Positions 19,338 to 28,579 of a DNA stretch of 64,000 nt are shown piece by piece. Positions within the stretch are counted from its first letter, which is position 1, and each line of letters opens with the position of its first letter. A model generated the notes under the pieces. That model worked only from the letters and a program-made list of their open reading frames with translations. It ran no database searches and had not been told where the DNA came from. The translations under genes were made by a program, and so were the position numbers. This stretch comes from an uncultured delta proteobacterium (GTDB taxonomy: Bacteria; Myxococcota_A; Polyangia; Fen-1088): the NCBI GenBank assembly GCA_963767925.1, contig CAVYGB010000006.1, positions 192,001 to 256,000 on the forward strand, given 5' to 3'.

Positions 19338-21380
19338 TCATCTATCGGTCGAGCAGCTCTCGTTGTCCCCGCAGGTGGCGGAGGCCGAGCAGGTCCGGAC
19401 CGCGCACTCCTCGTCCTTGCGACCGTCGCAGTTGTCGTCCACCCGGTTGCCGCAGATCTCCCGGGCGCCGGTGTACACCGCGGCGTTGCCGTCGTCGCAG
19501 TCGCCCCCGGGCTGCTCGTTGCCCGGGTCGGCGCCGGGGCACTGGCCGTCGCCGTCCACGTCGCACGTCGGGACGCAGCGCTGGCAGCCCGTCGCGTAGG
19601 CGGCGCAGCGGCCGGCCACGCCCGAGCCCGGCGTGCCCTCCACCTCTCCGAAGCGGCACTCCGCCACGACACAGGCCGCCTCGCAGGTCTCGCAGGTCCC
19701 GTCGACGCAGGCCGACGGAGCCGTGCACTCGGCGTGGGAGTCGCAGCGGGTGCACCCCTCGTCGGTGAGCCCGTTGCAATTGTCGTCGACGTCGTTGCCG
19801 CAGATCTCGGTGGCGTTGGGGTGGATGTCGGGGTTGTTTCGGGCGCAGTCGCCGCCCGGCTCGCCCCCGCCGGGATCCCCCTCGCAGGTGCCGTCGTGGT
19901 CGTCGTCGCACATGGGGACGCAGCGGCTGCAGCTGTCGTTGCGCCCGAACACCGCGCACTTGCCGGCGATGGGGTTGTTGTCGACCATGATGTTGCAGGC
20001 CGCGCCGGGGGTGCAGCCCCGGGTGCAGCCGGCGCACGCCCCGTTCTTGCAGACCAGCAGGTCGCGCGTGCAATCGTCGTCGCCGTCGCAGTCGCCGCAC
20101 AGGTCGTCGATCGATCCGTTGCAGTCGTCGTCGAGCCCGTTGCCGCAGACTTCTTTCTTGCCGGGGGCCACGTTCGGGTTGTTGTCGTCGCAGTCGCCCT
20201 CGGGCTGCTCGTTGCCCGGGTTGGGATCGTCGCAGTAGCCGTCCCCGTCGCCGTCGCACATCGGGACGCAGACGTTACAGCCGCCGGTGCCCAGGGCGTG
20301 GCAGCGGCCCATCACGCCGGGGATGCTGTTCTCCGGGTCGGCGCCGAACACGCACTCGGCGGCGGTGCAGCCCCCCTCGCAGACGTCGCAGGCCCCGTTG
20401 AGGCAAGCCTCGCTGGCGGCGGTGCACATGGCGTGAGCGGTGCAGGCCTTGCAGCCCTCGTCCACGTGGGCATCGCAGTCGTCGTCGATGTTGTTGCCGC
20501 AGATCTCGCGGGCTCCCGGGGAGCGGGCGGGGTTGTCGTCGGCGCAGTCGCCGCTCGGCTCGCCCATGGTCGTCTCACCGGGGCAATAGCCGTCGCCGTC
20601 GACGTCGCACATCGGGACGCAGCGCTTGCAACCCTTGCCGTGGTCGAAGCACTTGCCGGCCACGCCGGCCGGGTTCTCCTCGGTGATGGCGACCTTGCAG
20701 GTCGCGGCGGTACAGGTCCCGTCGCACACGTCGCACAGGCCGGGCAGCAGGCCCACCACGCCCAGCCGGGCGAGTTGCCCCACCACCACCGTGGCGGTGG
20801 CGTCGGTGCCCAGCGCGGGGAGGGCGAGCCAGTTGTCACCCAGGCGCACGCCGACCCGCAGATCGCTCGGCCGGCCGCCGGCCAGCTCGGCCGCGGTGTA
20901 GCGAAAGATCACCCGGGCGGCCACCAGGAGCGGCTCGTCGACGGGATCGATCTCGTAGACCGCGCCGAGCGCGCCGCCCGGAGGGGAGGCGGTGACCGGG
21001 CGGATGGTGATCTCGGTGGGGCCGATGAAGGCCCCGGGAGGAATCTCGACGATGAGCCGGCCGTCGGCCGAGACCAGGCGCTTGCCGGCCGGGGTCACGG
21101 TGGCCATCGGCGTGCCCGATTCACTGCCCGCCTCGGACAGCGGGCCGTCGGGGTTGGGCGCCGTCTCGGACCCGGGACCGTCGCTGCCGCCGGTCCCGCC
21201 GCTGCCGCCGGTCCCGCCGCTGCCGCCAGTCCCGCCGCTGCCGCCGGTCCCGCCGGTGGCGCTGCCGTCGCCGCCACCGCGGCCGCCGGTCGCGTCGGGC
21301 TTGGGCTTGCTGGTCCCGCCGCAGCTTACCGAGGCGCCGAAGAGGAGCAAGAGGGCGACACCGGCTATTTTATGCTTCAT
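19338..21380 (-). CDS. Cys/Asp-rich repeat lipoprotein with four putative metal-binding (MopE-like) repeats
   Basis: Lipobox SVSC, GGTGGS linker, beta domain (EIPPGAF..EITI..YEI), four DxDxDG..C..DC.......P...E.CGN..DD.C units at ~345-351 bp spacing. Confidence 0.85.
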   Translation of the reverse strand: MKHKIAGVALLLLFGASVSCGGTSKPKPDATGGRGGGDGSATGGTGGSGGTGGSGGTGGSGGTGGSDGPGSETAPNPDGPLSEAGSESGTPMATVTPAGKRLVSADGRLIVEIPPGAFIGPTEITIRPVTASPPGGALGAVYEIDPVDEPLLVAARVIFRYTAAELAGGRPSDLRVGVRLGDNWLALPALGTDATATVVVGQLARLGVVGLLPGLCDVCDGTCTAATCKVAITEENPAGVAGKCFDHGKGCKRCVPMCDVDGDGYCPGETTMGEPSGDCADDNPARSPGAREICGNNIDDDCDAHVDEGCKACTAHAMCTAASEACLNGACDVCEGGCTAAECVFGADPENSIPGVMGRCHALGTGGCNVCVPMCDGDGDGYCDDPNPGNEQPEGDCDDNNPNVAPGKKEVCGNGLDDDCNGSIDDLCGDCDGDDDCTRDLLVCKNGACAGCTRGCTPGAACNIMVDNNPIAGKCAVFGRNDSCSRCVPMCDDDHDGTCEGDPGGGEPGGDCARNNPDIHPNATEICGNDVDDNCNGLTDEGCTRCDSHAECTAPSACVDGTCETCEAACVVAECRFGEVEGTPGSGVAGRCAAYATGCQRCVPTCDVDGDGQCPGADPGNEQPGGDCDDGNAAVYTGAREICGNRVDDNCDGRKDEECAVRTCSASATCGDNESCSTDR
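21183..21254. repeat. 18-bp tandem repeat x4 (GGTGGS linker)
   Basis: gctgccgccggtcccgcc repeated four times with one mismatch. Confidence 0.85.
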
Positions 21381-21387
21381 TGTCGTA

Positions 21388-21399
21388 TGTAATATTACA
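21388..21399. promoter_or_regulatory. Perfect 12-bp palindrome TGTAATATTACA just upstream of the 21380 start
   Basis: AT-rich palindrome in GC-rich DNA, overlapping a TAATAT -10-like hexamer. Confidence 0.45.
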
Positions 21400-21609
21400 G
21401 TTTTCAGCATCATAACCACCCGCGGCACAATATCATTCAACGAAGTACTCGAGGGACCGGCTCCACTCTCTCCACCCGCACCCGCGCTCCCTGTTCCGGT
21501 CCGGTCAGCTCGATCTGGCTCCTGGAAAGTTTGTCCTAGCTGGGTCTGACTGTCCCGCGCGACCAGCGCGATCGAGCGGCGCGGATCACTCTTTCGGGTG
21601 ATCCTCTGT

Positions 21610-23796
21610 TTATCTTTTGGTTCCTTTTGCGGTTCCTGGCGACGGTCGTCGGCCCGGCCCATCCGGGGTCCCCTCGGGCGAGGCGCGCAGCAGCCGGGCC
21701 AGGTCCCGAGGGACCGCCTGGGGGTCGGTGAAGTAGCGCTTCCAGGGGTCCTGGCGGAGCGAGGCCAGCCGTTTCGGCACGGTGAGCATGGTGAAGGCGT
21801 TGGGGTCGAGGCCGGCGTCGAGCTCGGCCCAGGCGATCGGCACCGAGACCGTGGCCTCCGGGCGCTTGCGGGTGGAGTAGGCCGACACCGAGGTCGCGCC
21901 CCGGATGTTCCGGTAATAGTCGATGAGGATCTTGCGCTCGCGGCCGGCCTTCGGCATGTCGGTGGTGTAGTCGCGAGGGCGCTGCTTGACGATGAGCCCG
22001 GCGATGGCCCGCGACAGCGCCAGACAACTGTCCCAGTCGAAGTCGGGGACGATCGGCACGACGACGTGCAGGCCCTTGCCGCCGGTGGTCTTCACGTACG
22101 ATTTCAGGCCGACCTGCTCGAGCGTCTTCCGGCAGAGCTGGGCGGCCTGGACGGTCTCGGCCCAGGGGACCTCGGGGCCAGGGTCGAGGTCGAGCACGAA
22201 CCGGTCGGGGTTCTCGAGGTTCTCGCGGGTCGAGTTCCAGATGTGAACCTCCAGCATCCCCATCTGGGCCAGGGTCACGAGGCCCTCCACGGTGTCGACC
22301 ACGAGGTACTGGCTGGTCTTCTTCGACTCCTGGATCGCGATCTGGGACAGCGTCGGGCTGTGGTTGAGCTTCATGTGCTTGACGTAAAAGCAGTCGCCCT
22401 CGATCCCCTCGGGGCAGCGGACCAGGCTGAGGGGCCGGGTCTTCATGTGCGGCAACATGGCCTCGCCCACCGCCTCGTAGTAGCGAGCGAGGTCGAGCTT
22501 GGTCAGCCCGAGCTGGGGGTAATAGACCCGGTCGGGGTTGCTCAGCCGCTGGCCCAGCACGGCGGCCTCGCCCTTCTTCAGCGGGACGGTGATGGCCCCG
22601 GCGGGTGCCTTGCTGCTCGCGGGCGCCTTGCTGCTCGCGGACGCCTTGCTGCCGGGGCGAGGCGCCTTGCTGCCGGTCGGCTTGCGTTTGCCCGGGGCGG
22701 GTGAGTCGGCGTCTTTGGACATGTTCGCGTCCTCGCTTTCCTCGTGGCTCGCGCCCTGCTCGCTCGCCTCGTGCTCGGTCGTGTCCTGGCCCACGTCGTC
22801 GTCGGGCGCGGCCGCGCCGGCCAGGGCGGCCGGGCTGGGGGTCTCGCGGACCACCTGCCGCGCGGGCTTGTCCTCGCGCAAGCCCTGGAAAGACGGGTGG
22901 CGGAGCCGCCCGTCGTGGGTCCATTCGATGAAGGCCACCTCCGCCACCAGCTCGGGCCGGGCCCAGTGGGCCGTGCGCCCGATGAAGGCGGCGGGGGGTC
23001 TCTCGGCGAAGGGGCACTCCGGCTGCACCAGGCGGCCGAGCCGGCGCCGCAGGTCGCGCAGCACCGCCTGGGAAAAGCCGGTGCCGACCTTGCCCGCGAA
23101 GATGAGCTTGCCGGCGGCGTCGTGGTAACCGATCAGGATGGCGCCCAGCGCCTCCCGCGAGCCCTCCGGCTCGGTGAAGCCGCCGATGACGAACTCCTGG
23201 CGCAAGATGCACTTGGCCTTGAGCCAGCCGAGGCTGCGCCCGGTGCGGTGGGGATCGCGCCGCTTCTTCGAGACGATGCCCTCCAGCCCGCGCGCGCGGG
23301 CCTGCTCGAGGAAGCGGCTGCCGTGGCCGACCACGTGGTCGGAGAACGCGATCGGCAGGCCGGTGGGCGCCCCGGCCAGCAGCTCGCGCAGGGCCTGCTT
23401 GCGCGCCTCGAGGGGCTGGTCCCGCAGGTCGCGCCCGTCGAGGTGCAGGAGGTCGAAGACATAATAGACCGCGCCCGCGCCGTTGCGGCCGAGCGCGTTC
23501 TGCAGCGCCTGGAAGCTGGTGCGCCCGTCGGGCAGCGGCACCGCCACCTCGCCGTCGATCATGGCGGTGCGGGCGGGCAGCTTCGCCACGGCGTCGCGCA
23601 CCCCGGGGAACTTCGCAGTCCAGTCCTTGGCCCGGCGGGACAGCAGCCCCACCCGCCCTTGCTCGAGGCGGGCCAGGATCCGGTAGCCGTCGAACTTGAG
23701 CTCGTGAATCCAGCCGTCCCCCTCCGGGGCCTGGGTGACGAGGGTGGCGAGCTGGGGCTCGATGAACTCGGGCAGCGTTGAGCTGGCGGGTGCGAT
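21610..23796 (-). CDS. ligD: NHEJ DNA ligase D (ligase + primase/polymerase, no phosphoesterase domain)
   Basis: PQLATL, HELKFDGYR, YVFDLL, LEGIVSK, WLKAKC, LRHPSFQGLREDK; Pol domain LSNPDRVYYP, DLDP, KTTGGKGLH, IDYYRN. Start is uncertain: no ATG/GTG/TTG between the in-frame TAA (23806-23808) and motif I. Confidence 0.88.
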   Translation of the reverse strand: MAPASSTLPEFIEPQLATLVTQAPEGDGWIHELKFDGYRILARLEQGRVGLLSRRAKDWTAKFPGVRDAVAKLPARTAMIDGEVAVPLPDGRTSFQALQNALGRNGAGAVYYVFDLLHLDGRDLRDQPLEARKQALRELLAGAPTGLPIAFSDHVVGHGSRFLEQARARGLEGIVSKKRRDPHRTGRSLGWLKAKCILRQEFVIGGFTEPEGSREALGAILIGYHDAAGKLIFAGKVGTGFSQAVLRDLRRRLGRLVQPECPFAERPPAAFIGRTAHWARPELVAEVAFIEWTHDGRLRHPSFQGLREDKPARQVVRETPSPAALAGAAAPDDDVGQDTTEHEASEQGASHEESEDANMSKDADSPAPGKRKPTGSKAPRPGSKASASSKAPASSKAPAGAITVPLKKGEAAVLGQRLSNPDRVYYPQLGLTKLDLARYYEAVGEAMLPHMKTRPLSLVRCPEGIEGDCFYVKHMKLNHSPTLSQIAIQESKKTSQYLVVDTVEGLVTLAQMGMLEVHIWNSTRENLENPDRFVLDLDPGPEVPWAETVQAAQLCRKTLEQVGLKSYVKTTGGKGLHVVVPIVPDFDWDSCLALSRAIAGLIVKQRPRDYTTDMPKAGRERKILIDYYRNIRGATSVSAYSTRKRPEATVSVPIAWAELDAGLDPNAFTMLTVPKRLASLRQDPWKRYFTDPQAVPRDLARLLRASPEGTPDGPGRRPSPGTAKGTKR

Positions 23797-23963
23797 GGCG
23801 GTATCTTAGCGCCGGGGCGCCAGCCGCGGGGGCTCCCCGTGCAGCGGCGCGATCGGGCGGCGCTCCGCCGAGGCGGGTAGCACCAGGGTCGGCATGGACC
23901 CACCTTGGTGGCGTGGCATCGGGGAACAAGTCGGAGGGTTCTGCGGTAAAAGGGGACCCAAAG

Positions 23964-25397
23964 ATGGAGCTGAACGCACGGCGGAGCTGGGAGCGCGCCC
24001 AGAAATTCTTCGGGTCGCGCATCTGGGCCGCGGGCCTCGACGAGGTCCGCCGCAGCCGCGCGCTGCTCTACCGGACCGCCCGGGTCCTGTACGCCACAGT
24101 ACTGGGCTACCGGCAAAAGCGGCTCAACTTCCGGGCGGCCGCCCTGACCTACTTCAGCGTGCTGTCGGTGGTCCCGTTCCTGGCCTTCGCCTTCTCCGCC
24201 CTCAAGGGGTTCGGGCTGTACAAGCGCCTGGTCGACGACACAATCCGGCCCTACCTGGCCTCGACCTTCGGCGAGAACCCGACCCTGCTGCGCGCCCTCG
24301 AACAGGTGCTGGCCTACGTCGAGCAGACCGATTTTTCCCGGATGACCGCGGTGGGCGTCCTGTTTCTGGCCTACACCAGCATCAGCCTGCTCTCCACCAT
24401 CGAGACGTCGCTCAACGACATCTGGGACGCCAAGACCTCGCGCCCGCTGGTCCGGCAGATCACCGACTACACGACGCTGATGGTGATCACCCCCCTGCTG
24501 ATGCTGGCCGCCGCCGGCTTCCGGACCGCGGCCAGCTCGTCGGGCATCATGAGGTTCCTGACCAACACCCTGGCCCTGGGGCCGGTCATCGATTTCCTGT
24601 TCACCCTGGCCGCGGTGGTCCTCACCTGCGTGGCCCTCACCGCCATCTACGTCCTCATGCCCAACGTGCGGACGCGCCTGTCCTCGGCGGCGCTGGGCGG
24701 CGTGACGGCCGGCCTGCTCTGGCAAGGATCGCTGATCCTGCAGGTCAAGCTGCAGGTGGGGGTGGCCAACTACAACGCCATCTATTCGGGCCTCGGCGCG
24801 GTGCCGATCTTCCTCGTCTGGATGTACATCTCCTGGATGATCGTGATGCTGGGGGCCCAGCTCGCCGCCGCCCACCAGAACGAGCAGGGGCTGCGCCAGG
24901 CCATGCGGGCCCGCCATGCCGACCAGGAGCTGCGCGAGGTGCTGGCGGTGGCCGGGACCGCCGAGATCACCCGCCGCTTCCTGGACGGCGCCGCGCCGCC
25001 CACCCAGATCGAGCTCACCGAGCTGCTCGACGCCCCCGCCCCCACCGTGCAGGAGGTGCTCGACGGCCTGGTGAAGGCGGGCATCCTGGCCCGGGCGGTG
25101 TGCGGCCAGGACCTCGGCTACTTGCCCGCCCGCGACGTGGAGGCCGTGCGGCTGGCGGACGTGCGCGAGGCGGTGCGCGCCTCGCCGGAGGCGGCGGAGC
25201 TCAAGGCCGCCGTCGAGAGCCGGCTGCGCGAGAGCCTGCGCGAGCTCCTGCGTCTCGAGCAAACCTCCTACCGCCAGGGCGCCGGCAGCTTGACCCTGCG
25301 CCAGCTCGCCCAGCACGCCGCCACCCATCCCCGCCCCCGCCCCGCCCCCGTCCCGCCCGATCAGATCGACGCCAAGCAACCCACCGTCCCGACCTGA
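23964..25397 (+). CDS. YihY/BrkB-family inner membrane protein with a C-terminal winged-helix-like extension
   Basis: RAAALTYFSVLSVVP, IETSLNDIW, YNAIYSGLGAVPIFLVWMYISW. Confidence 0.9.
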   Translation: MELNARRSWERAQKFFGSRIWAAGLDEVRRSRALLYRTARVLYATVLGYRQKRLNFRAAALTYFSVLSVVPFLAFAFSALKGFGLYKRLVDDTIRPYLASTFGENPTLLRALEQVLAYVEQTDFSRMTAVGVLFLAYTSISLLSTIETSLNDIWDAKTSRPLVRQITDYTTLMVITPLLMLAAAGFRTAASSSGIMRFLTNTLALGPVIDFLFTLAAVVLTCVALTAIYVLMPNVRTRLSSAALGGVTAGLLWQGSLILQVKLQVGVANYNAIYSGLGAVPIFLVWMYISWMIVMLGAQLAAAHQNEQGLRQAMRARHADQELREVLAVAGTAEITRRFLDGAAPPTQIELTELLDAPAPTVQEVLDGLVKAGILARAVCGQDLGYLPARDVEAVRLADVREAVRASPEAAELKAAVESRLRESLRELLRLEQTSYRQGAGSLTLRQLAQHAATHPRPRPAPVPPDQIDAKQPTVPT

Positions 25398-25596
25398 TCC
25401 GCCGGCGCCCCCGCCCCGGCCACCCGCCGCGTCGCGCGCCGGTAACCGATCGGGAGGGACGCGCTGTTATGCGTATACCCTCGCGTTACTTGGTGGCCCA
25501 GCGTCGGAAATTCTGACCGATACGGCGGTTCCCACACAACTAACCAGGGAGTAGATCTAGGCGGGTACATCCCCCTCCTTGGAGCCTTTCACCCAC

Positions 25597-26868
25597 ATGA
25601 CGACTCGCATTGCCGAGCAGCGGCGAACCGCTTCTCTCCTGGCCGCGGCCTGCGCGCGCACCGCCCTCGTGGCGGCCATCGCCCTCGCCGCCGCCTGTCA
25701 GCCCGTCCCGTCCGCGCCCGCCGTCGACGCGGCGCCGGTGCCGCCCCCCCCGCGCCCCGACGCCGCGGTCCAGGATCCTCCACCGCCGCCCGACGCCAGC
25801 ACCGCCGTCACCCCCGACGCCGCCCCCCCCGAGGACACCGCCCCCCTCACCGACGCCGTCCCCCCCACCGACGCCGTCCCGGTCGTGACCCTCTTCGAAA
25901 ACCCCCTCGCCCCCCCACCCGCGAACCTGAACGACGTGGGTTTGTTCACGGCCCTACCGGATCTCACCGCGGTCGATACCCGGGCATTCGACTTCGAGCC
26001 GCGTTTCCCGCTGTGGAGCAACGGCCTGGAGAAGCTGCGCCACATGATCCTGCCCCAGGGCGAGCTGGGGATCGGCAAGATCAACACGGCGAACCGCGAA
26101 GCCTGGGACTTTCCCGTGGGAACGCTGTTCTTCAAGACCTTCACCCAGGACCCGTCTGCCGACGGCAAGGTGCGGCCGGTGGAGACCCGGCTGATCCGCC
26201 GGATCAAGGCCGACGGACCGGTCGGCGAGCAGTGGGAGTTCTTCGCCTATCAGTGGAACGACGCCGGCACGGACGCAGTGTTGCTGACCAACCGGACCTA
26301 CCAGGTGCCGGTAAACGTCACCATCAAGAGCAAGCCCGTCACCCACAACATTCCTTCGCAGATTGACTGCCGGAGTTGCCACATCTCGAACCTGAGCCCG
26401 ATCATCGGCTTCGATGAGCTCCGGCTCAACGGGCGCCGGGGCGCGGCGACAAGCACGCAACTTCAAGACGTCATCGCCAAGGGATGGCTCAGCAGCCCTC
26501 CGTCTCCGCCCTTCGCCGAGGTGGTGGAGCCCAACCCAGCCCAGAAGTGGATTCGAGAGTACATGCACGCGAACTGCGGCCACTGCCACAACGGCGGGCC
26601 CCCGGTCGGAAACATAACCAGGCTCTACGACCTTCGCGAAAAGGCCTTTCTGGGGAATACCATCGGCAAGCGCGTCGAGGAACGCAGCGCCGAAGGCTTG
26701 CGGATCGTTCCCGGCAATCCAGAGCTGAGCGTGCTCTATCTGGCTTTCCGGCGAGACCGAACCATGCACCCCGAGCTCAAGCCCATGCCAGAAATCGGCG
26801 TCGACGTCGTCGACGAGGATGCAGCCAAGAGGCTGTACGACTGGATCCGATCGCTTCCCGCTCAGTAG
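25597..26868 (+). CDS. Diheme c-type cytochrome lipoprotein (SO2930-like), paralog 1
   Basis: Lipobox AAAC; PLWSNGLEK, WDFPVGTLFFKTF, VETRL, CRSCH, NCGHCH, PGNPELS, KPMP. Confidence 0.8.
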   Translation: MTTRIAEQRRTASLLAAACARTALVAAIALAAACQPVPSAPAVDAAPVPPPPRPDAAVQDPPPPPDASTAVTPDAAPPEDTAPLTDAVPPTDAVPVVTLFENPLAPPPANLNDVGLFTALPDLTAVDTRAFDFEPRFPLWSNGLEKLRHMILPQGELGIGKINTANREAWDFPVGTLFFKTFTQDPSADGKVRPVETRLIRRIKADGPVGEQWEFFAYQWNDAGTDAVLLTNRTYQVPVNVTIKSKPVTHNIPSQIDCRSCHISNLSPIIGFDELRLNGRRGAATSTQLQDVIAKGWLSSPPSPPFAEVVEPNPAQKWIREYMHANCGHCHNGGPPVGNITRLYDLREKAFLGNTIGKRVEERSAEGLRIVPGNPELSVLYLAFRRDRTMHPELKPMPEIGVDVVDEDAAKRLYDWIRSLPAQ

Positions 26869-26887
26869 CTACTTTTGGAGGGACCTC

Positions 26888-28483
26888 ATGACACGTTTCC
26901 ACGGGTTTAATCTCAACGTCTTTGTAGCCCTCGCGGTGGCACTACCGCTGTGTGCTTGCTCGTCTTCCGAGCCTCCGGGCAATCCGCCCGCGGGCGGCTC
27001 GGGCCAAGCCGGCACGGGCGGCTCCACCGGATCAACCGGCGGCTCCGGTGGTCAGTCCGCCACGGGCGGCGCAGGCGGAGGAGCGGGAGTGGGCGGCAGC
27101 CCCAGCGCCGGGACCGGCGGCGGTTCGGCGGGTGCGGGCGGCGCCCCCACCGCGGGTACGGGCGGCAGCCCGACCGCGGGGACCGGCGGTGGCGGGGCCG
27201 GCACCGGAGGCACACCGGGACCGGGACCGGGCCGCGCCGACTCTGGCATGGGAGGCAGCACCCCGACACCCGGGGACGGACCCACGCCCAGCGCGAACGT
27301 GTGTGACTACACCCCGAAGCAGAACGCCCTCACCGCCAAGCTCGGCTTCCAGAAGATCGAGCTGAAGAACCTCCCGACGATGGGGAGCCCCGATCGGAAT
27401 CCGGGCGGGTACAGCTACGGCATCACCGAGGTGAAGTTCGTCCCGGGCTCGTCGACCGAGTTCTTCGTGACCCGCAAGGTCGGCAGCGTCTATCACTACC
27501 GGCTCGACGCCGCCGAGGGAAACAGCGCGACCCTGGTGTCGGCTGGGCAGGTGCCGAACGTGCGGTCCGCTCAGGACGCTGGCCTCATCGCCATGACGTT
27601 CGATCCCGACTTCGCCACCAACAAGTTCGTGTACTTCGGATACGTGAACAACGGCGGCGGACGCCGCTCCGTGATCACGCGCTTCACCTACGAGAACAAC
27701 GCCCTCACCAACCCCCAGCAGATCATCGACTTTGCCACCAACACCGGCGGCAACCTCTACCACTCCATCGGGTCGATCGGGTTCGACAGCAAGGGCGCGA
27801 TGTGGGCGCTCCATGGGGACTGGGACATGATGGGCGGCAGCCTCTCCCAGAACCTCGATTCACGTCTGGGTAAGCTGCTCCGGATCATCCCGAGCCGCGC
27901 TCCGATGGCCGGCGGGTTCGAACCCGCGCCCGGCAACCCGAACCCCGCCTCGCCGGTCTACGCCCGTGGCCTCCGCTCGCCCTGGCGAGGTGCCGTCGAC
28001 TCGAAGGGTCGGTACATCGTCGGCGACGTGGGACCGACGGACAACGAAGAGGTGAACGTCATCTCCTCGGCGGGCCAGAATCTCGACTGGGGCCCCACCG
28101 GCGCCACCAGCACCTGCCGCACGGGAAATCTGGTCTGCTACACGACCGGCTTCATGGCGCTGGACGGTGGAAACAAAGAGGAGCGGCGGGGTCGCTCTGT
28201 GTGGGTGGGACCGCAATACGGCGACTGCGGAAAGGACCGGTACGGCGGCGCCCTCACCGGAGTCTACTTCTTCGGCGACTTCTTCACCGGCTGGGTGACC
28301 GGGCTGCTCATCGGGGATGACAACGCCAAGGGACGCCACGCTCAGCTCGGAATCCTGGGGACCGTCTCCGCCTGGGATCAGGCTGCCGACGGGTACCTCT
28401 ACCTGGCGAAATACGGCAACTACGACCACGAGGGCGCGACGGGCGAGGACCAGGGTGTCTTCCGGGTCGTGATCGCGCCGTAG
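26888..28483 (+). CDS. PQQ-dependent glucose/sorbosone dehydrogenase-family beta-propeller lipoprotein
   Basis: GLIAMTFDPDFATNKFVY, SQNLDSRLGKLLRI, VYARGLRSPWR, VGDVG..NEEVN, YFFGDF; lipobox LCAC; Gly-rich linker. Confidence 0.85.
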   Translation: MTRFHGFNLNVFVALAVALPLCACSSSEPPGNPPAGGSGQAGTGGSTGSTGGSGGQSATGGAGGGAGVGGSPSAGTGGGSAGAGGAPTAGTGGSPTAGTGGGGAGTGGTPGPGPGRADSGMGGSTPTPGDGPTPSANVCDYTPKQNALTAKLGFQKIELKNLPTMGSPDRNPGGYSYGITEVKFVPGSSTEFFVTRKVGSVYHYRLDAAEGNSATLVSAGQVPNVRSAQDAGLIAMTFDPDFATNKFVYFGYVNNGGGRRSVITRFTYENNALTNPQQIIDFATNTGGNLYHSIGSIGFDSKGAMWALHGDWDMMGGSLSQNLDSRLGKLLRIIPSRAPMAGGFEPAPGNPNPASPVYARGLRSPWRGAVDSKGRYIVGDVGPTDNEEVNVISSAGQNLDWGPTGATSTCRTGNLVCYTTGFMALDGGNKEERRGRSVWVGPQYGDCGKDRYGGALTGVYFFGDFFTGWVTGLLIGDDNAKGRHAQLGILGTVSAWDQAADGYLYLAKYGNYDHEGATGEDQGVFRVVIAP

Positions 28484-28513
28484 TCCCGACCACCCAAGAC
28501 GAGCGTCTCCTGG

Positions 28514-28554
28514 AGCAGCCCGGTCTCGCGAGAGCCCCGGGCTGCTTCTTTTTT
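28514..28554 (+). terminator. Rho-independent terminator
   Basis: Stem AGCAGCCCGG...CCGGGCTGCT followed by TCTTTTTT, 30 bp after the stop. Confidence 0.8.
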
Positions 28555-28579
28555 GGCTTTCGTTAGTTAGAGGTTCCTC

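Noticed and set aside
22600..22680. SKAP-like short repeats in ligD
   Set aside because: Ordinary low-complexity interdomain linker
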